64,000 bases of DNA, from NCBI RefSeq assembly GCF_021028975.2, contig NC_059432.1:31062001-31126000 (forward strand), given 5' to 3'. Both the position numbers and the translations under genes were made by a program. The notes beneath the pieces were generated by a model, which was not told the origin of the DNA, ran no database searches, and saw nothing but the letters and a program-made list of their open reading frames with translations. The stretch is from Sphaerodactylus townsendi (lineage: Eukaryota). This document shows positions 12,761-25,281 of this stretch, in pieces (the stretch's first letter is position 1; the number at the start of each line of letters is the position of its first letter).

Positions 12761-13854
12761 CACCTAAAATAGTTGCTTAAAGAAAGTCCCCTTCACCCAG
12801 TTGTGGAGAGGAATTGCTGCTGTGGAGATAGTTAGAAGGGAAACAGCTGCCCTGTTGGTGGGGCTGGGAAAACCCACACAGCAGCTACAATTTTTTTCCT
12901 ACACTTTGCAGCAAAGCAGGTTTGGGAAAGATTAGAGAAAAGCTGGGGAAACCTCAGGAGGCATAGGAAGGTACAAAGATCCTATGAGGAAGAATAAGCT
13001 ACCAACATAATTGAAAACAGGGCAAATAGCCCACACAGCAACGTCTATGCCTCTTTGTTACTGTTCTTTGTTCAGTCTTGCCAATTATCTAAACAAAGTG
13101 AATGAAAATGTTTCTTTCTTACCATCTGCTAACAAGCAACTCTTATCATTATTATGTAAAACATTTTTCAAATCTGATTTGCAAAGTCAATTACCATTAT
13201 ATTAGTGACAATTCCAGTAATTCCTACTAAACCCAGTGGTTTTTAATTCTGATTTATTGATTAAAATCATTATTCTTTTTGTATTTTGATAATTGTATTG
13301 CTTTATAGAATTTTTATTCTATTTTCTTGCCTAAAAAGAGCACCAACTCACCAAGAGCTATTCTTCTCCCAAATTAACCCCAAATCTTATAAAGGATGGA
13401 TACTTAAGTATTCAGTATAAAAAGACAAATCTTGAAAAGTCATTTCTAAGGTATATTTATGTCCTTCTTCGGCAATGTTGTCAAGAGAGAAATGGTCAGA
13501 TTTACACAGAGGCAATGTCTAGTGTTTTACAGAGAAATGTTAAAAGCTCTCTACATTCTTTCATCAATGCTTCAAGGACAGTTTGAAGAATTTCCCTATT
13601 TATTATTTTACACCATGTCAGATTTTCAGATAGTTTAGATCAGGTTATTTTATCTTCACATTTGCTCTGTGTAGCCCAGCTTATACAAGTGATATCCAGA
13701 CCAATATATTAAACCCGCTGCCTGTTCTTTTATTTGGTAGAACACTAAACAGTGGGATTGAATCACCCAACTTCTTGACAGCAGTTTTGAATGTTTTGTT
13801 ACATTTTTTGAAAACCTCCTTACCAATTTAAAATAATAGTATAGCTGGAAGAAA

Positions 13855-15935
13855 GGTTCACCATCATGTCTTCAGTGCAGTCCCACATGGGATTGTCAGG
13901 TACAGATGAGCTACAGAGAATGATTAGAAGTATTCCAGAAGCTTCAGAGCACTTGGAGCACTCTCCCACCTCTCATCCAGAGTTGAGGGTCAGCTGGTGT
14001 TTCACCGAATAGTCTTGTGAGAGAGGCAGGGAGAGCGCTCCTCCTTCAGTTCTATCTTCACCACTGTGAAAAAAATGAAAGGTTTCAGCTGAGTATTTCA
14101 ACTTTTACTTCAGAAGTCCTCTATCAAAATAGTGATATTCAGAAGAATGTTCCCAGTGCGGAACAAAGATGACTCAGCACAGTGAGCGTGAGAAATGTAT
14201 TTTCTGTCTCAGTGAGACTTATGTCTCCAAAACCTGGCCATCCTGAAACCTTTTTAACACCAAAGGCTAGACATGAAACAACTTTGAGGCTTAAGGCCAA
14301 ACAGTGTGAAAAGACTCTCACTTTGATGGATACTCCCATAGCAAAATCATCAAAGAGGGCTTGCACACCTCTGGTTGTATCCGTTCCTCCTGTTCTGTCT
14401 GAACCAACTCCTGACTTCGCTCTGGTGGCCTATGGATTCCAAAGACCAACAGGGTCCAAAGGCAAAAAAGAAGGATAAAAAACAGCTATTTGTCCAAACC
14501 GTTGTCTCCTCTACACAGAGGCTCATTGCTAATGCATTCAGAACTGGATTGACCTGTTTGTCCACTGGAGTTATCTTCTTAATGTTGATCGCTCGTTGTC
14601 TCCAAGACTCAAAGCCTTGTCACCAACACTTGCCCAATCTAATTCTTTAGTTCATCACTCAGGCTTCCTGTCAGTGTCGATCATCATCATCTTCTCAATT
14701 CTGAACTTCTCCAGTTGTGTCTTTTCCATTTCCAACATCATCCATCAAATTCTCCACCGGGTCAAAGTCTTTCTTGCAGTCATGGTTGGAATCTGGAAAT
14801 TGCTTGACATTGAAGCTCCCACACCTATTGCTGTCATGCATTTTTTTCTCCTGTGCTGGATTCTGCTGTCCCTACAAGTCTGGAGATCCCTGCAACTCCA
14901 GAGATCATCATCTAAGGATGCTTTCATTGATGTTTAGCAAAGACTCTTTTCCGTCTTCAGGGGATGATGTCCTCAAGGTTCCTCTACTGCCTTCTGATTG
15001 GGGCAAGTGCTCAGGGATGTATGTGCCTCCATGTCATGTCTTTTTAAAACATCCTACTAAATTGTCTGTCAGACTGACCTAGATGTTGAGATGTGAGAAC
15101 ATTGTTGTTTCACCACATCTCCATCAGGATCCATATGAGAGTTATACTTCTAACACTGAGGTTGACAGCATCTCTATGCCTTCTCCAGAGGACAATGTTT
15201 GTGACAGAGCTCCTTAAGCTCTATTCAGAGTAATTAATTTGAATGGCAGAAGCCCTGGACATTGACTATATTCAGTCAGATATGAGGTTCTTGGATCTGA
15301 TCAAGAGTGTGCTACACTGTGTCAACATGGGGCTGATTGCCTTCTTTTTAATTGAGGGTATGTGAGAGATAGCCAAACAAATTTGGCTTAGAGACCTTCC
15401 TTCTGTCAAACTTCCATTAAGAAAGTTGAAAATTTATGTTAAAGACATCAATGGGGTTGGAATTTCTATTTCACCATCCCATCCCTAATTCCATGGTCAC
15501 TGAGGCCGTTCCATCTTGTTATGAACCTGGTTCCCATTCTTCTCCAATGCATAAGGGAAAAGGAGTGGAGACTGAACACTTTAGGGAGGAAAATTAATGC
15601 TGCTAGACATATGGCTGACAGTGCTAGGAGAGGCATGGCTACACTTACCTGTGACTGTTGATCACATGTCTTCTGTTGATCACACACTCCTTCCTCCTTT
15701 TTCTGCTGTGGGCTGACATTTGCTGGATTGGTAATCGTCTATGGTACCAAAGGTAGAACTGAGGGAAGAGTTCTGTCCCTGCCACTTTCATGTGACCATT
15801 TGGGTGGGAGGCCTCCAATGCTCTGAAGCCTTATAATAATTCTCCATGACTTGCTGCACCTGCACATTCCCGTTCATGCCTGCACAGAAAACACTTTGTT
15901 AGATGAACAAGTTACAGGTAAGTACAACTTTGTTT
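13855..15935 (+). mobile_element. Degenerate, internally deleted DIRS1-like (tyrosine recombinase) retrotransposon
   Basis: Inverted termini gtgcagtcccacatggga and ttcccgttcatgcctgcac; terminal ttacaggtaagtacaac motif; Ser/Pro-rich gag-like ORFs; YR-like remnant EWRLNTL near 15565. Confidence 0.55.
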
Positions 15936-16183
15936 TGTACTTCCTTTAGTGGCTTATTGTGCAGGATTTTTATATACATGGAGTTTTGTTTTTGTTTTGT
16001 TTTTATCTTCTAACTCAGAGGAGCATTCCAAAACGTGATTCTCCACCTGCAATCTGAAATGAGATAACCCATTCTACCTCTTCATTCCTACCACATTACC
16101 TTGCCTTGTAAGCAAGGTCTTGGTTCATTTTTATTTATTTATTTTCAACTTAGTTGAGAGATGGTGACTTGCCCAGAACACTT

Positions 16184-16273
16184 ACAGTTCAATCCAATGC
16201 AGAATTACTTCAGTCTAAGATGATTGAAATCAGTGGGTTTAGACTGGACTAACTGTATTTAGGATTGCACTGT
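16184..16273. mobile_element. Short palindromic MITE
   Basis: acagttcaatcc...ggattgcactgt with an internal inverted repeat. Confidence 0.55.
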
Positions 16274-18559
16274 TCTAATCCTAAAAATGCTTCCTGGGAG
16301 TAAGCCTAATTGAATATGGTCTTACCTCTGAGTAGACCTGTTTAGACTTGCTCCTTCATTGAATGCTATGGCTGAATAGGGATCTGAATCAAAGTCTTTG
16401 ACAAGAGTGAAGGAAAATACACACACTGTATTTCATTGGTTCTTTCCTGCACATCTAATTGATCTGTGAAATAGGTTTTCATGAAAAGGGGAAGAATTTT
16501 TCAATATCCAAAAAGTGTGCAGAAACTACAGTACACTATTTTGTCAGAATTCTTTGGATGTCCATCAGAATTCCTTTTGGATTTTATGCCAAGAAGGAAA
16601 TTATTTGTCTACAGTTTGTGCTTAGAACCCAGTGACAATACATATAATTCCAGATTTACCTAGAAAATTTATTCTCAGAATATGTGTTGCTAGTGAAAAG
16701 CAAATACTCCCCAAGTAAGTCTCACCTGCAGCAGCTTTCTCTGGGTTATGGTTAGGATGTGAGACATTTTCCTAGTTTTATTAAAAGTGTTTTTTGCCAA
16801 CTTCAGAACTCCTTGGATGTTTTCTGAAGTGAAACCTTCTAGACTCCAGGGTTGGAAAGTCATGGAAAGCAAGTGGCTCTTTTTGAAGATATTATTTTAA
16901 AACCCAATAGCCTGCTACTGCTAACTTTTAAAACTGTTATATTAGGTTGTCTTTTACCTTTACCTTGAACAGTTTGTTCCAGTGCATGTGTGTGCTTCAA
17001 GAGAGACGTCAAAGGACAGCAGAATGAAAGACTCCCTGATTAACATATATACTCTGGGGAAATTCCAGACTATCCTAACATAACTTGGTTTATCTGTATA
17101 ACATGAAAGGGGGGGGGATTCTCTGCTTGGGTAAATGCTGCTTTTTAGTGAATCATTTTTGTTTAAATTTTAATACCCAAAAGACTTGAACTGACATAAA
17201 AATGGAATTGGAGGTGTGACTTAAAAGTGTTAAGAGGAAACTGTGAGGTTTCCACTAACTTTTAAATCTACCATACTATAGTTCTTGTGATGCATGATCC
17301 TTCGGCACACATTTATGTAATACTGCATTGCCATGAATAAATATTTGACTTTTTTCCTTCTTTTAAAAGTACTTGTTTTTAATTAACTAAGGAGGCTATC
17401 CTAAAAAAATGTTAAAATAAACCAGGCATGCTTTACAAGATTCCCAAGTTACTTGCCTTGCTTTCACCATTCAGAAGTTTGCAATTCACATTGGCCCTTT
17501 GAATTGTTGACTAATATTCGTCTGTCTTTTTAAAGCTGGTGCTAATCTGGTTCAGTGTCATATCTTCCAAGGTTAGGGAAAAATTAGGCTTCTGATGCAA
17601 ATCTTTATGGGGTAAAAATGTTAAAAGCAATATGTTGGTCTTTTTTCCCTACTTTAACACAAAGATGTATTAGCAATATTTTTCCAGTAAGAATTTGCCA
17701 ATATGGTTTTTGGCTTTGTTGGTCTGGGCAAAGAGCCAAGTCAATAACTTGAATCCAACAAAAGATCAATAATATAAAGGCTGTCTTTTTGGGCTTCCTT
17801 TTGCATATACTTAGATGTAAGTATATATGGCTAATTGTTAGATTCACTAGGGAAGTGAATTCCCAATGAGTGCCACTTGTTTCTTTCCCAAAGCTTATTA
17901 GCTGACCTGGCTTTCTTCCACCTCACTGGAACAAGGAATATTTCAAAAGAATCCAGAAAAGGCATGCCCATTTAGAAATAGCTGCCCCTGACTTGGAACC
18001 TCACAACCTTTTTGTGATTGCCTCCCATGATAGCCATTTTGTGACTGGTTTACTTGCATATATGCCCTTTCCAAATTTCAAAAGTGCCCAAAGCAAAGTT
18101 GGGGACTGTTGCTGTCGTAACACTGTATGCCGCTATCTTCCTTGATGGAACATAGACAGCCAGAGAAGGAAAAATGGCATCCAAATGTTTTTTAAAAAAA
18201 ATATTATTTCATATATTGGTAAAACCTAATTACACTAGTACAGACAATTACAGGGATAGTTGGAGTCCATTGACATATAGGTTGCTATACACCTCTGTTA
18301 CAATCTGTGGTAACATCATATTTCAATAGGGTAATATATGCAGTAGTACAAAGGAAAAACTGTTGCAGTGAAAACATATCAGTAAGTCCTTAGTCAGGGA
18401 AGTTATTTTTAAGCATATTAAAGGATACCGTAAATGCTTCGATAAGCTGTTGGTCTTTAGGACCCAGTAGTGCTTAGAGATTTCCTCTTTAATCTTGTGT
18501 GATTTGCCTTTGGAAGAAGGGAGACTAACAGACAGTAGATCTTTGTTTACCATACTTAC

Positions 18560-18663
18560 GAGTGAACAATGTGGCTGCCAAATTCGTGCCCATCCTGTCA
18601 GGATTGCTATTCCCGTAAGGATCCAGCCTGTGCCAATGCTTGAACTGAATTTGCCATTGTTTC
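18560..18663 (-). CDS. Candidate coding exon 3 of an unidentified minus-strand transcript (KQWQIQFKHWHRLDPYGNSNPDRMGTNLAATLFT)
   Basis: Acceptor ttaatttccacacag|G, donor CTC|GTAAGT, 104 nt, open frame phase-compatible with the 23943-23978 exon, not recognisably repetitive, CpGs retained. Confidence 0.4.
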
Positions 18664-20852
18664 CTGTGTGGAAATTAATCCAGGTGGGAAACAATTTTAG
18701 TGTTTACCTCAGTTGTCTTTTGTGTGTTAAGAAATTTCAATATTTGCATTTACTCATCTTATTTTGACCATAAATTGTGAGAATATCAGTACTAGGTTAT
18801 ACTGATGATCATTGTATTATTGTACTTGTGCTATTCAATACTTAATTGGCTGTATTAAATTGAGAGTAGTATTCAGGTCGCATGTTCCATGTTCATCTTC
18901 CAAGTTAACATTTCATAGATCAAAACCTTTGGTGGGCACATTAATCAATGATCATGGGTCTTTGTGTTAGCATATGTTGAATACTCACACATTTTAACAG
19001 TTAGAAATGGTGGGAGGGGAATGCAATAAAAGAAAAAATAAAAAGTTTTGTTTTGTTTGGAGAGTTAAAGTATTGATTACGTTATCAGTGAAGAAATTAT
19101 TCTGAAAAATTCAAAGTAATAGACAAGATAACAAACTTAAGTTGTTTGTCTTTCTATGTGACTCACAGTTTCTTTACCCTTTGCAGCACAATTATGTATA
19201 CTGTTTGTCTTTTCAATATTAAAAAGAATGTTTTTGCATAATCTCTATTTGTGCTAATTACCACCCCTCGAAAAATCACTCTGGATTTCATTTATAGCTT
19301 GTTGAAGCATTTCAGTTCAACTGAGTGAAAGTGTAGAAATACAGCTGGCAAATCCAGGCTGAGAAATCTGCACTTGGAGCCTGGGGACTGCAGGTTTTGG
19401 AGAGGGGAAATACCTCATAAGTGTATAATGCCATAGAGTCTACCCTCCAAAGTAGCCACTTTCTCTGTCATCAAGAGATCTTCAGACCCCCACCAGGAGG
19501 TTGGGAGTTCTGTAGAAGAAATAGTATCTATAGGCATGTATCTAATATAGCAGATATACCCGGTTGCCATCAAGGGTGGCATGCAAGAGACATTTTCTGT
19601 TATACTGAAAAGGAGACTTGCATAATTTGTTTTCATTTCTGCAAATGAGAGCAAGAAGAAGCTTATCAGCATTGTGTGTGAGCTTTCCTGTGTATTTGTC
19701 TGGCCTTTGAATCTCCCTCCCTGAATTTTCTCCTGTTTGACCCTCCTTGACCAGAACAGAACTGATCTAGCATGGCCCCTTTTGCTACCTTAAAAAAAAC
19801 CCTGAAATGACTCTGAACTGCTTACCAAAACTATACCCTAGTTTGGAAGGAGAAACCTGCTCAGTCTATATTTTCCCCAGGATGTGAGCTATTTATTTAA
19901 AGGTCTCTCCTGCAATTTAATTTGTACAGACTGTAAAGACAAAAGCATCATGATCTGACTGAAACAAATCTAAACTCAACGCTGATGTGTTGGACACTGA
20001 CCCCAAGCAGAGTAACTGATAAGCGTGGAGCTCCATCATCTGTGAGAATGTTTATAGATTTTGAATTAGTTTGTGCTTCTGTTCTCCATTGTTTTCAAGG
20101 GCAGGGAAGCAGCAGGCAAGAGGAAGGCCTGTTGCTTTAAAACTGCAATCCAGGGTGGCAGAGTGAGATGACAGACTGGAAGAGAAAGGAAAGGGAGAGG
20201 AAGCATTTCTATGGATTGTAGACTGTCTCTCTGGTGCTGAAGTGCCGCTGTGACTAGTGCAGTCGTTGGTGAAACATGTTTGTTTTTGTAACTTTGGCCA
20301 AAATATTCATACAATGTCTGAGTAAATAATTTCTTACACTGCCTGCATCTGTGGTAGGTAGAAGTGCAGGATCTAAGACAATACAGTAAATAGCTGTTTT
20401 CAAGCAGCCATACTTTGTGGTCAGTAACTTGAGTTTGTCTCATTGCAACTGGTTGAATTAACTTTAGTTGGTAAAGCAGCAAGATTGAGGAGAAAAGCTT
20501 TAGCCAAGTGAGAGTATGTCTAAGTCCATTAAGTCTGCTTAGTCAACCCAACTAGAAATCCAATGGTCCTGATGGGGCAGACAACCTGCGGGAGATCCTG
20601 CAGTAATTGAAGGTGGAGATGATCACAAACCTTTTACCTCAGTCCTCTGGATCTGCCTCCCAAGCTGGCTATGAATAACTGAATCAAGCTTTCTCGACAA
20701 ACTGGACTTCTGACTCTGCCCAAACCGCTCCATTCCCCAACTTGATTAAAACAAACTCCCGTTCAGAACTTCCACCTTGAGTACATCTCATTGACCTGTG
20801 AGCTTCATTTTGTACATCCGGCTGCCATCCAAAGGGGGGTGGGGGGGGCATC

Positions 20853-21127
20853 AAGAAGAAGAGTTTGGATTTATACCCCACCTTTCTCTCCTGTAAGGAG
20901 ACTCAGGGTGGCTTACAAACTCCAGGGTGGCTTACAAACTCCTGGGGCTGAAAGAGTTCCGAAGAACTGTGACTAGCCCAAGGTCACCCAGCAGGAATGT
21001 AGGAGTGGGGAAACACATCTGGTTCACCAGATAAGCCTCTGCCATTCAGGTGGAGGAGTGGGGAATCAAACCCAGTTCTCCAGATTAGAATCCATCTGCT
21101 CTTAACCACTACACCACACTGGCTCTC
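20853..21127 (-). mobile_element. tRNA-derived SINE (Squam3-like) nested in a MITE
   Basis: Reverse-complemented head ttaaccactacaccacactggctctc, B box gggaatcaaaccc, tail aagaagaagagtttggatttatacccc. Confidence 0.75.
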
Positions 21128-21631
21128 ATATCAGAAGCCACATTAAATGTGGTGGGAGAGTTGCACTGGTGCCCATGCCACCAGTGCTGTGCAAAGTGGC
21201 ATAGATACCAGCATAGAGAAACGTATCCTGGCAGTGGGGTGCCACAGGACAGAAACCAGGAAGTGTTCATCAATGCCGTTGCTCCTGCACAGCAGGGGGC
21301 TGAACCAGTGTGGAGAGGGTATTCTAGGGCATTCCTGGGGATGGGGACAATTTCAGTTGACTCCCAAAGAACTTTTGGCCTGGGAATGCCTTCCTTCAGT
21401 GGCTCAGACTTATGTCACCAAAAAGGGTGGCTATGTCTTGTTTGCCTCTATGCTTTTCCATGGGAGAAAGGAATTTCTCCTTCTCCCTTGGCACACATGC
21501 CCTGATTGCCTCTTTGGAGGCAGTGTGGTGGTATCACTGGCCACCATTCTACCACCCCCACCCCTTTGGATTGGACTGCCTGTCATGAGTTCCATCATCC
21601 CAGCTATCTTCATGACACAAATTTAGTAGTT

Positions 21632-21851
21632 TGGGTGCTGTGTGGTTTCCGGGCTGTATGGCCGTGTTCTAGCAGCATTCTCTCCTGACGTTTCGCTGCA
21701 TCTGTGGCTGGCATCTTCAGAGGAGATCCTCTGTAGATGCCAGCCACAGATGCAGGCGAAATGTCAGGAGAGAATGCTGCTAGAACACGGCCATACAACC
21801 CGGATACCACACAGCACCCAAGTGATTCCGGCCGTGAAAACCTTCGACAAT
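21632..21851. mobile_element. Palindromic Penelope insertion
   Basis: Inverted arms of about 90 bp centred on aggagatcct; 13-bp TSD aaatttagtagtt at 21619-21631 and 21852-21864. Confidence 0.9.
21682..21725 (-). ncRNA. Minimal type I hammerhead ribozyme motif (Penelope-associated), weakened stem II
   Basis: Minus strand reads CUCCU-CUGAAGA-UGCCAGCCACAGAUGCAGC-GAAAC-GUC-AGGAG: intact core, GUC cleavage triplet, 5-bp stem I. Confidence 0.6.
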
Positions 21852-22212
21852 AAATTTAGTAGTTATTTTCAAACACTCCAATAAGATTTCTAGCTTTTAC
21901 CCAAAGCCCAATTCCTAATCAGCAAAGTCACTGCTACTGTGCTGTTATAATGAAAGGTGTATAAAAATCCCCTCCAGTCATCCTATCTTTATAGCTGTCT
22001 TTTGGACCCAAACCTGCTTCCCTTATGGTTGGTTCACTTTCAAGAACCCCAATGAATGGCTGAAATCATTTTCTTCTCCTCTACACCCTGGAACTTAATC
22101 CCCAGACGTGCTGTTCATCATCCACTCCCAGACTTGATTCTCAGGCTCATATGTTTTTGTTTTTCATTGTATTTTCATTGTATTGTCATTGTATTGCTTT
22201 AACAGCCAGACT

Positions 22213-22295
22213 CAACTGGTTGTTGTGGGCTTTCCAGGCTGTGTGGCCATGGTCTGGTAGATTTTGTTCCTAACATTTCACCTGCATCTGTGGCT
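22213..22295 (-). mobile_element. Penelope pLTR fragment
   Basis: Matches the arm sequence of the 8584 and 40700 copies. Confidence 0.7.
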
Positions 22296-23107
22296 CCAAT
22301 TTTCAAACTACATCTTGTTAGGGAAAATAATTTTTCTTAAGAACTACTTTCTCTCTCATTCTTTTGGAGTTTTGCCCCCAATAGGACCCTGGTTACACTA
22401 CACAGAACAATCCCAAATTTGTTAATTGCCCTGGAGACACATGTCTGATTCAGCGTGCAAAGACCACATTCTGAACATTAGTGGTGCTATGCCTGGATCC
22501 TTGATGTTCACCTATCAAAATTAGAATCTAAGGTTCAGTTTTATGTGCACCAACTTTGTAAAGAAAGGTGGATGTTAAACAGAGACAGGGCTTGGTGTCA
22601 GCATCTTACCTGTAGAATGTCCCCCAAGGAAATTCACCAGATTTAAGCTTTGAAGGTTTAAATGCCAGACCTTTATTAATGGCGTTGAAAACTATTGCCA
22701 GTCCTTGCTATGGCTATTTTACAGTGTTTTTAATAAGATGTGTTGTGTTTAGGTTTATAGTGCCAGTTTGTGGTCTGTATAATCTTATGGCATACTATTT
22801 TTAATTTATTACAGTTCTTTTTTAATTATAAACCATTTGGAGCATATTGGTATGTAAAAAAAGGGATAAAATTTTCCTCTGGCTTGAGGAATTTTCCTTA
22901 GGTTAGAGGACTTCTTTCATCCATAGATAGAATTTTCCAGAGAAGGAGCAAATAAATTACATGAACAAATAAAACATGTGTTTACCTTTACAACCTTTTT
23001 GTATCTATGTGTCCAAGAATGTTTCTCTGATCCCAATTGACAGTGGCTCCAATGAGAAGTTATGATTTCTATGCTGAGGTGAACCTTGCATCAGTAGAGT
23101 AGAGACT

Positions 23108-23378
23108 TTCCCCCCTCCCTCTCCCTCCCCTTCCTCCAAGGGTGGGTGGGCCTTGTCCAGATGTTGGCCCCCTCCCTTCCCTTCACCCCAGGCTGGGTAA
23201 GCCTTGATCAGGTTATAGGTCCCCTCCTCTTCCCTCCCCTTCCCCTCAGAGTGGGTTTGCCTCGACCAGATGCTGGAGCCCCTCCCCCTCCCTTCCCCCT
23301 TCCCACCAGGGTGGGTGAGCCTCAACAAGAAAATGGGCCCCCTCCCCATCCCTCTCCTCTCCCCCAGGGTGGGCGGGC
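23108..23378. repeat. C-rich degenerate tandem repeat, units of roughly 45-60 bp
   Basis: About five copies of cccctccc...cttcccc..agggtgggt(g/a)agcct; G-tracts on the minus strand. Confidence 0.7.
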
Positions 23379-23942
23379 CTGTAATTCATAGGAATGACTG
23401 TGATGGCTGTGATGTCTCCAAAGCTCTTGCAAGAGAGGCAGCTCTTTCAAAAAGGCAGAAGTTCCATGAGGGAATGTGGTGTTTTCTGCTCTTACTTGAA
23501 ATGGCCCAAGAAGGAGGCTGTGAAGGACTTTCATGACAATGTTCCAGGTAGCAAATGATGGGAGGAGGAATGCACAGATCTCCTGTCCTCCCTGTTAGAG
23601 GTCACAAGGGAGGCATCTGGATAGGAAGGGGTACAATCATCACACCATCATTATGCATCTGACAATAGCATTACTAACCAAGGGTCAACACATTGTTTCA
23701 CCTGTTTCTTTGTTTCTTTTTCATTGTATTCCACTTTTCTGAACAATTTACAGACTTGTTCATTTAATACATTGAACTATCTCACACTGAGTTTGAGGTA
23801 CACTAGCCCATTCATAACCATTTCCTTACTTTATATTCAAGTAAGCACTATAATGAGAATATTTAAATTTTTTGATTAGAACAAAACTGAAACAGTCAAT
23901 TCAGTTATACAAACAGTTTGCTGAACCCTTTAGTGATCTTAC

Positions 23943-23978
23943 CTGGAGTTAAATGGAACAACTTCATTAACAGCTAAA
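23943..23978 (-). CDS. Candidate 36-nt coding exon 2 (LAVNEVVPFNS)
   Basis: Acceptor tttgtttttcttccag|T, donor CAG|GTAAGA; only one frame is open (phase 2 to phase 2). Confidence 0.4.
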
Positions 23979-25207
23979 CTGGAAGAAAAACAAACTTTTA
24001 AAAATCCCTGCTAATGATTTGGCACCTTGCTGTACATCTCTATAATAGTGGAAGACATAAGGGTTAGATTATTTGGAAAATTTCCATATATGTTTACACA
24101 GGTAGTAGCTGATTCTAAAAAGAAAGCAGTAAAAAATATCTTCAGCATCCTTGGCTAGATTTTCTCTCTCATTTACATCTAGAAAAAGTTAAAGGCTTAA
24201 ACATTAACAGTTTTTATAACTGTGTTTGCAGCTAAATGTAAAAATGTAGCTAATTATTTCATGTCTTTAGAGTACTATAAGTTTGTAATGCATGAGAAAT
24301 ACATCTTTGTATGAAAAAAAAAGTACATCAACTGCAATGCAATTAGTTGTTCCTATTTTTTGTTATTGGTTTTTGGTTTGGTTTGGGGGTTTTTTTAGCA
24401 TCAAAGATGTGTTCTAATAAAATGCTGAAATCCAGAAAAGCAGGTTATCAAATAATTTTTACGTGGGTATGTAGAATACATTAAATGTTAGAAGGGGAGG
24501 GGAGTATTCATTCTCAGCTGCCATCCTGTGCTTGCAGTAACTAAAATAAAATTGTGAACTCAAAAGTGACTTCCATTTGTTTAATAGTCAATTACTACTG
24601 TCTCTGGGATTTAGATTAAACCCTCCTTGTGAACAGATGAACTGATTGCAGGTTATGTTCAATACATTAGGGCTGTATACTATTTTTTCCTGATAGTTTT
24701 GGATTCAGGTTTATTGGACCCTTTTTTTAAAGAAAAGCTGTAAAAAACTGAATAACTGTACTACTATTTTTTTGGAGGGGGGATATCTGAAAAATTGTTG
24801 AGTCTGTTAAAGTTTTTGATTGTTTCCAATGTAAGATGGAGGCACCCTCTTTGGGGTTCCATGGAATTGTACCCCTGACCCAAACTTCACCAAACATGGG
24901 TGTTCTTAGGAGATTCCAGCAGAAGTGCTGCAAATTTTGTTCCTCTACCTTGAAAAACCTTGAAAAACAACCTTCCCCCAGTGCCCCACAAAGATCTCCT
25001 GTCAAATGCAATTTCATCAAAATATTTCCCCATCGTTTACAATTCATGGGGGGAGCTTTTTTCCCCAGGAGAAAAGAAAAGAGGCATGCCTATGAGCACC
25101 TATCACAGGGTAATGCTTCTATCCATCTAATACTCTATTATAACTTAATATATATATTTTAATATATTATCGATACATCTTTTATCTTCTCCTCCAAGAT
25201 AATATAC

Positions 25208-25281
25208 CTTGTCCAACACTCCCAATTCTGTTTGTACGTTTCATAAGGCAGATTATGAATTTGATGTGCCAATCTATCCAT
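25208..25281 (-). CDS. Candidate first coding part (MDRLAHQIHNLPYETYKQNWECWT) of exon 25208-25338
   Basis: Acceptor ctttctcttgatttcttcag|T at 25338, donor AAG|GTATAT, ATG in strong Kozak context ACGATGG, ends in phase 2. Confidence 0.35.
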
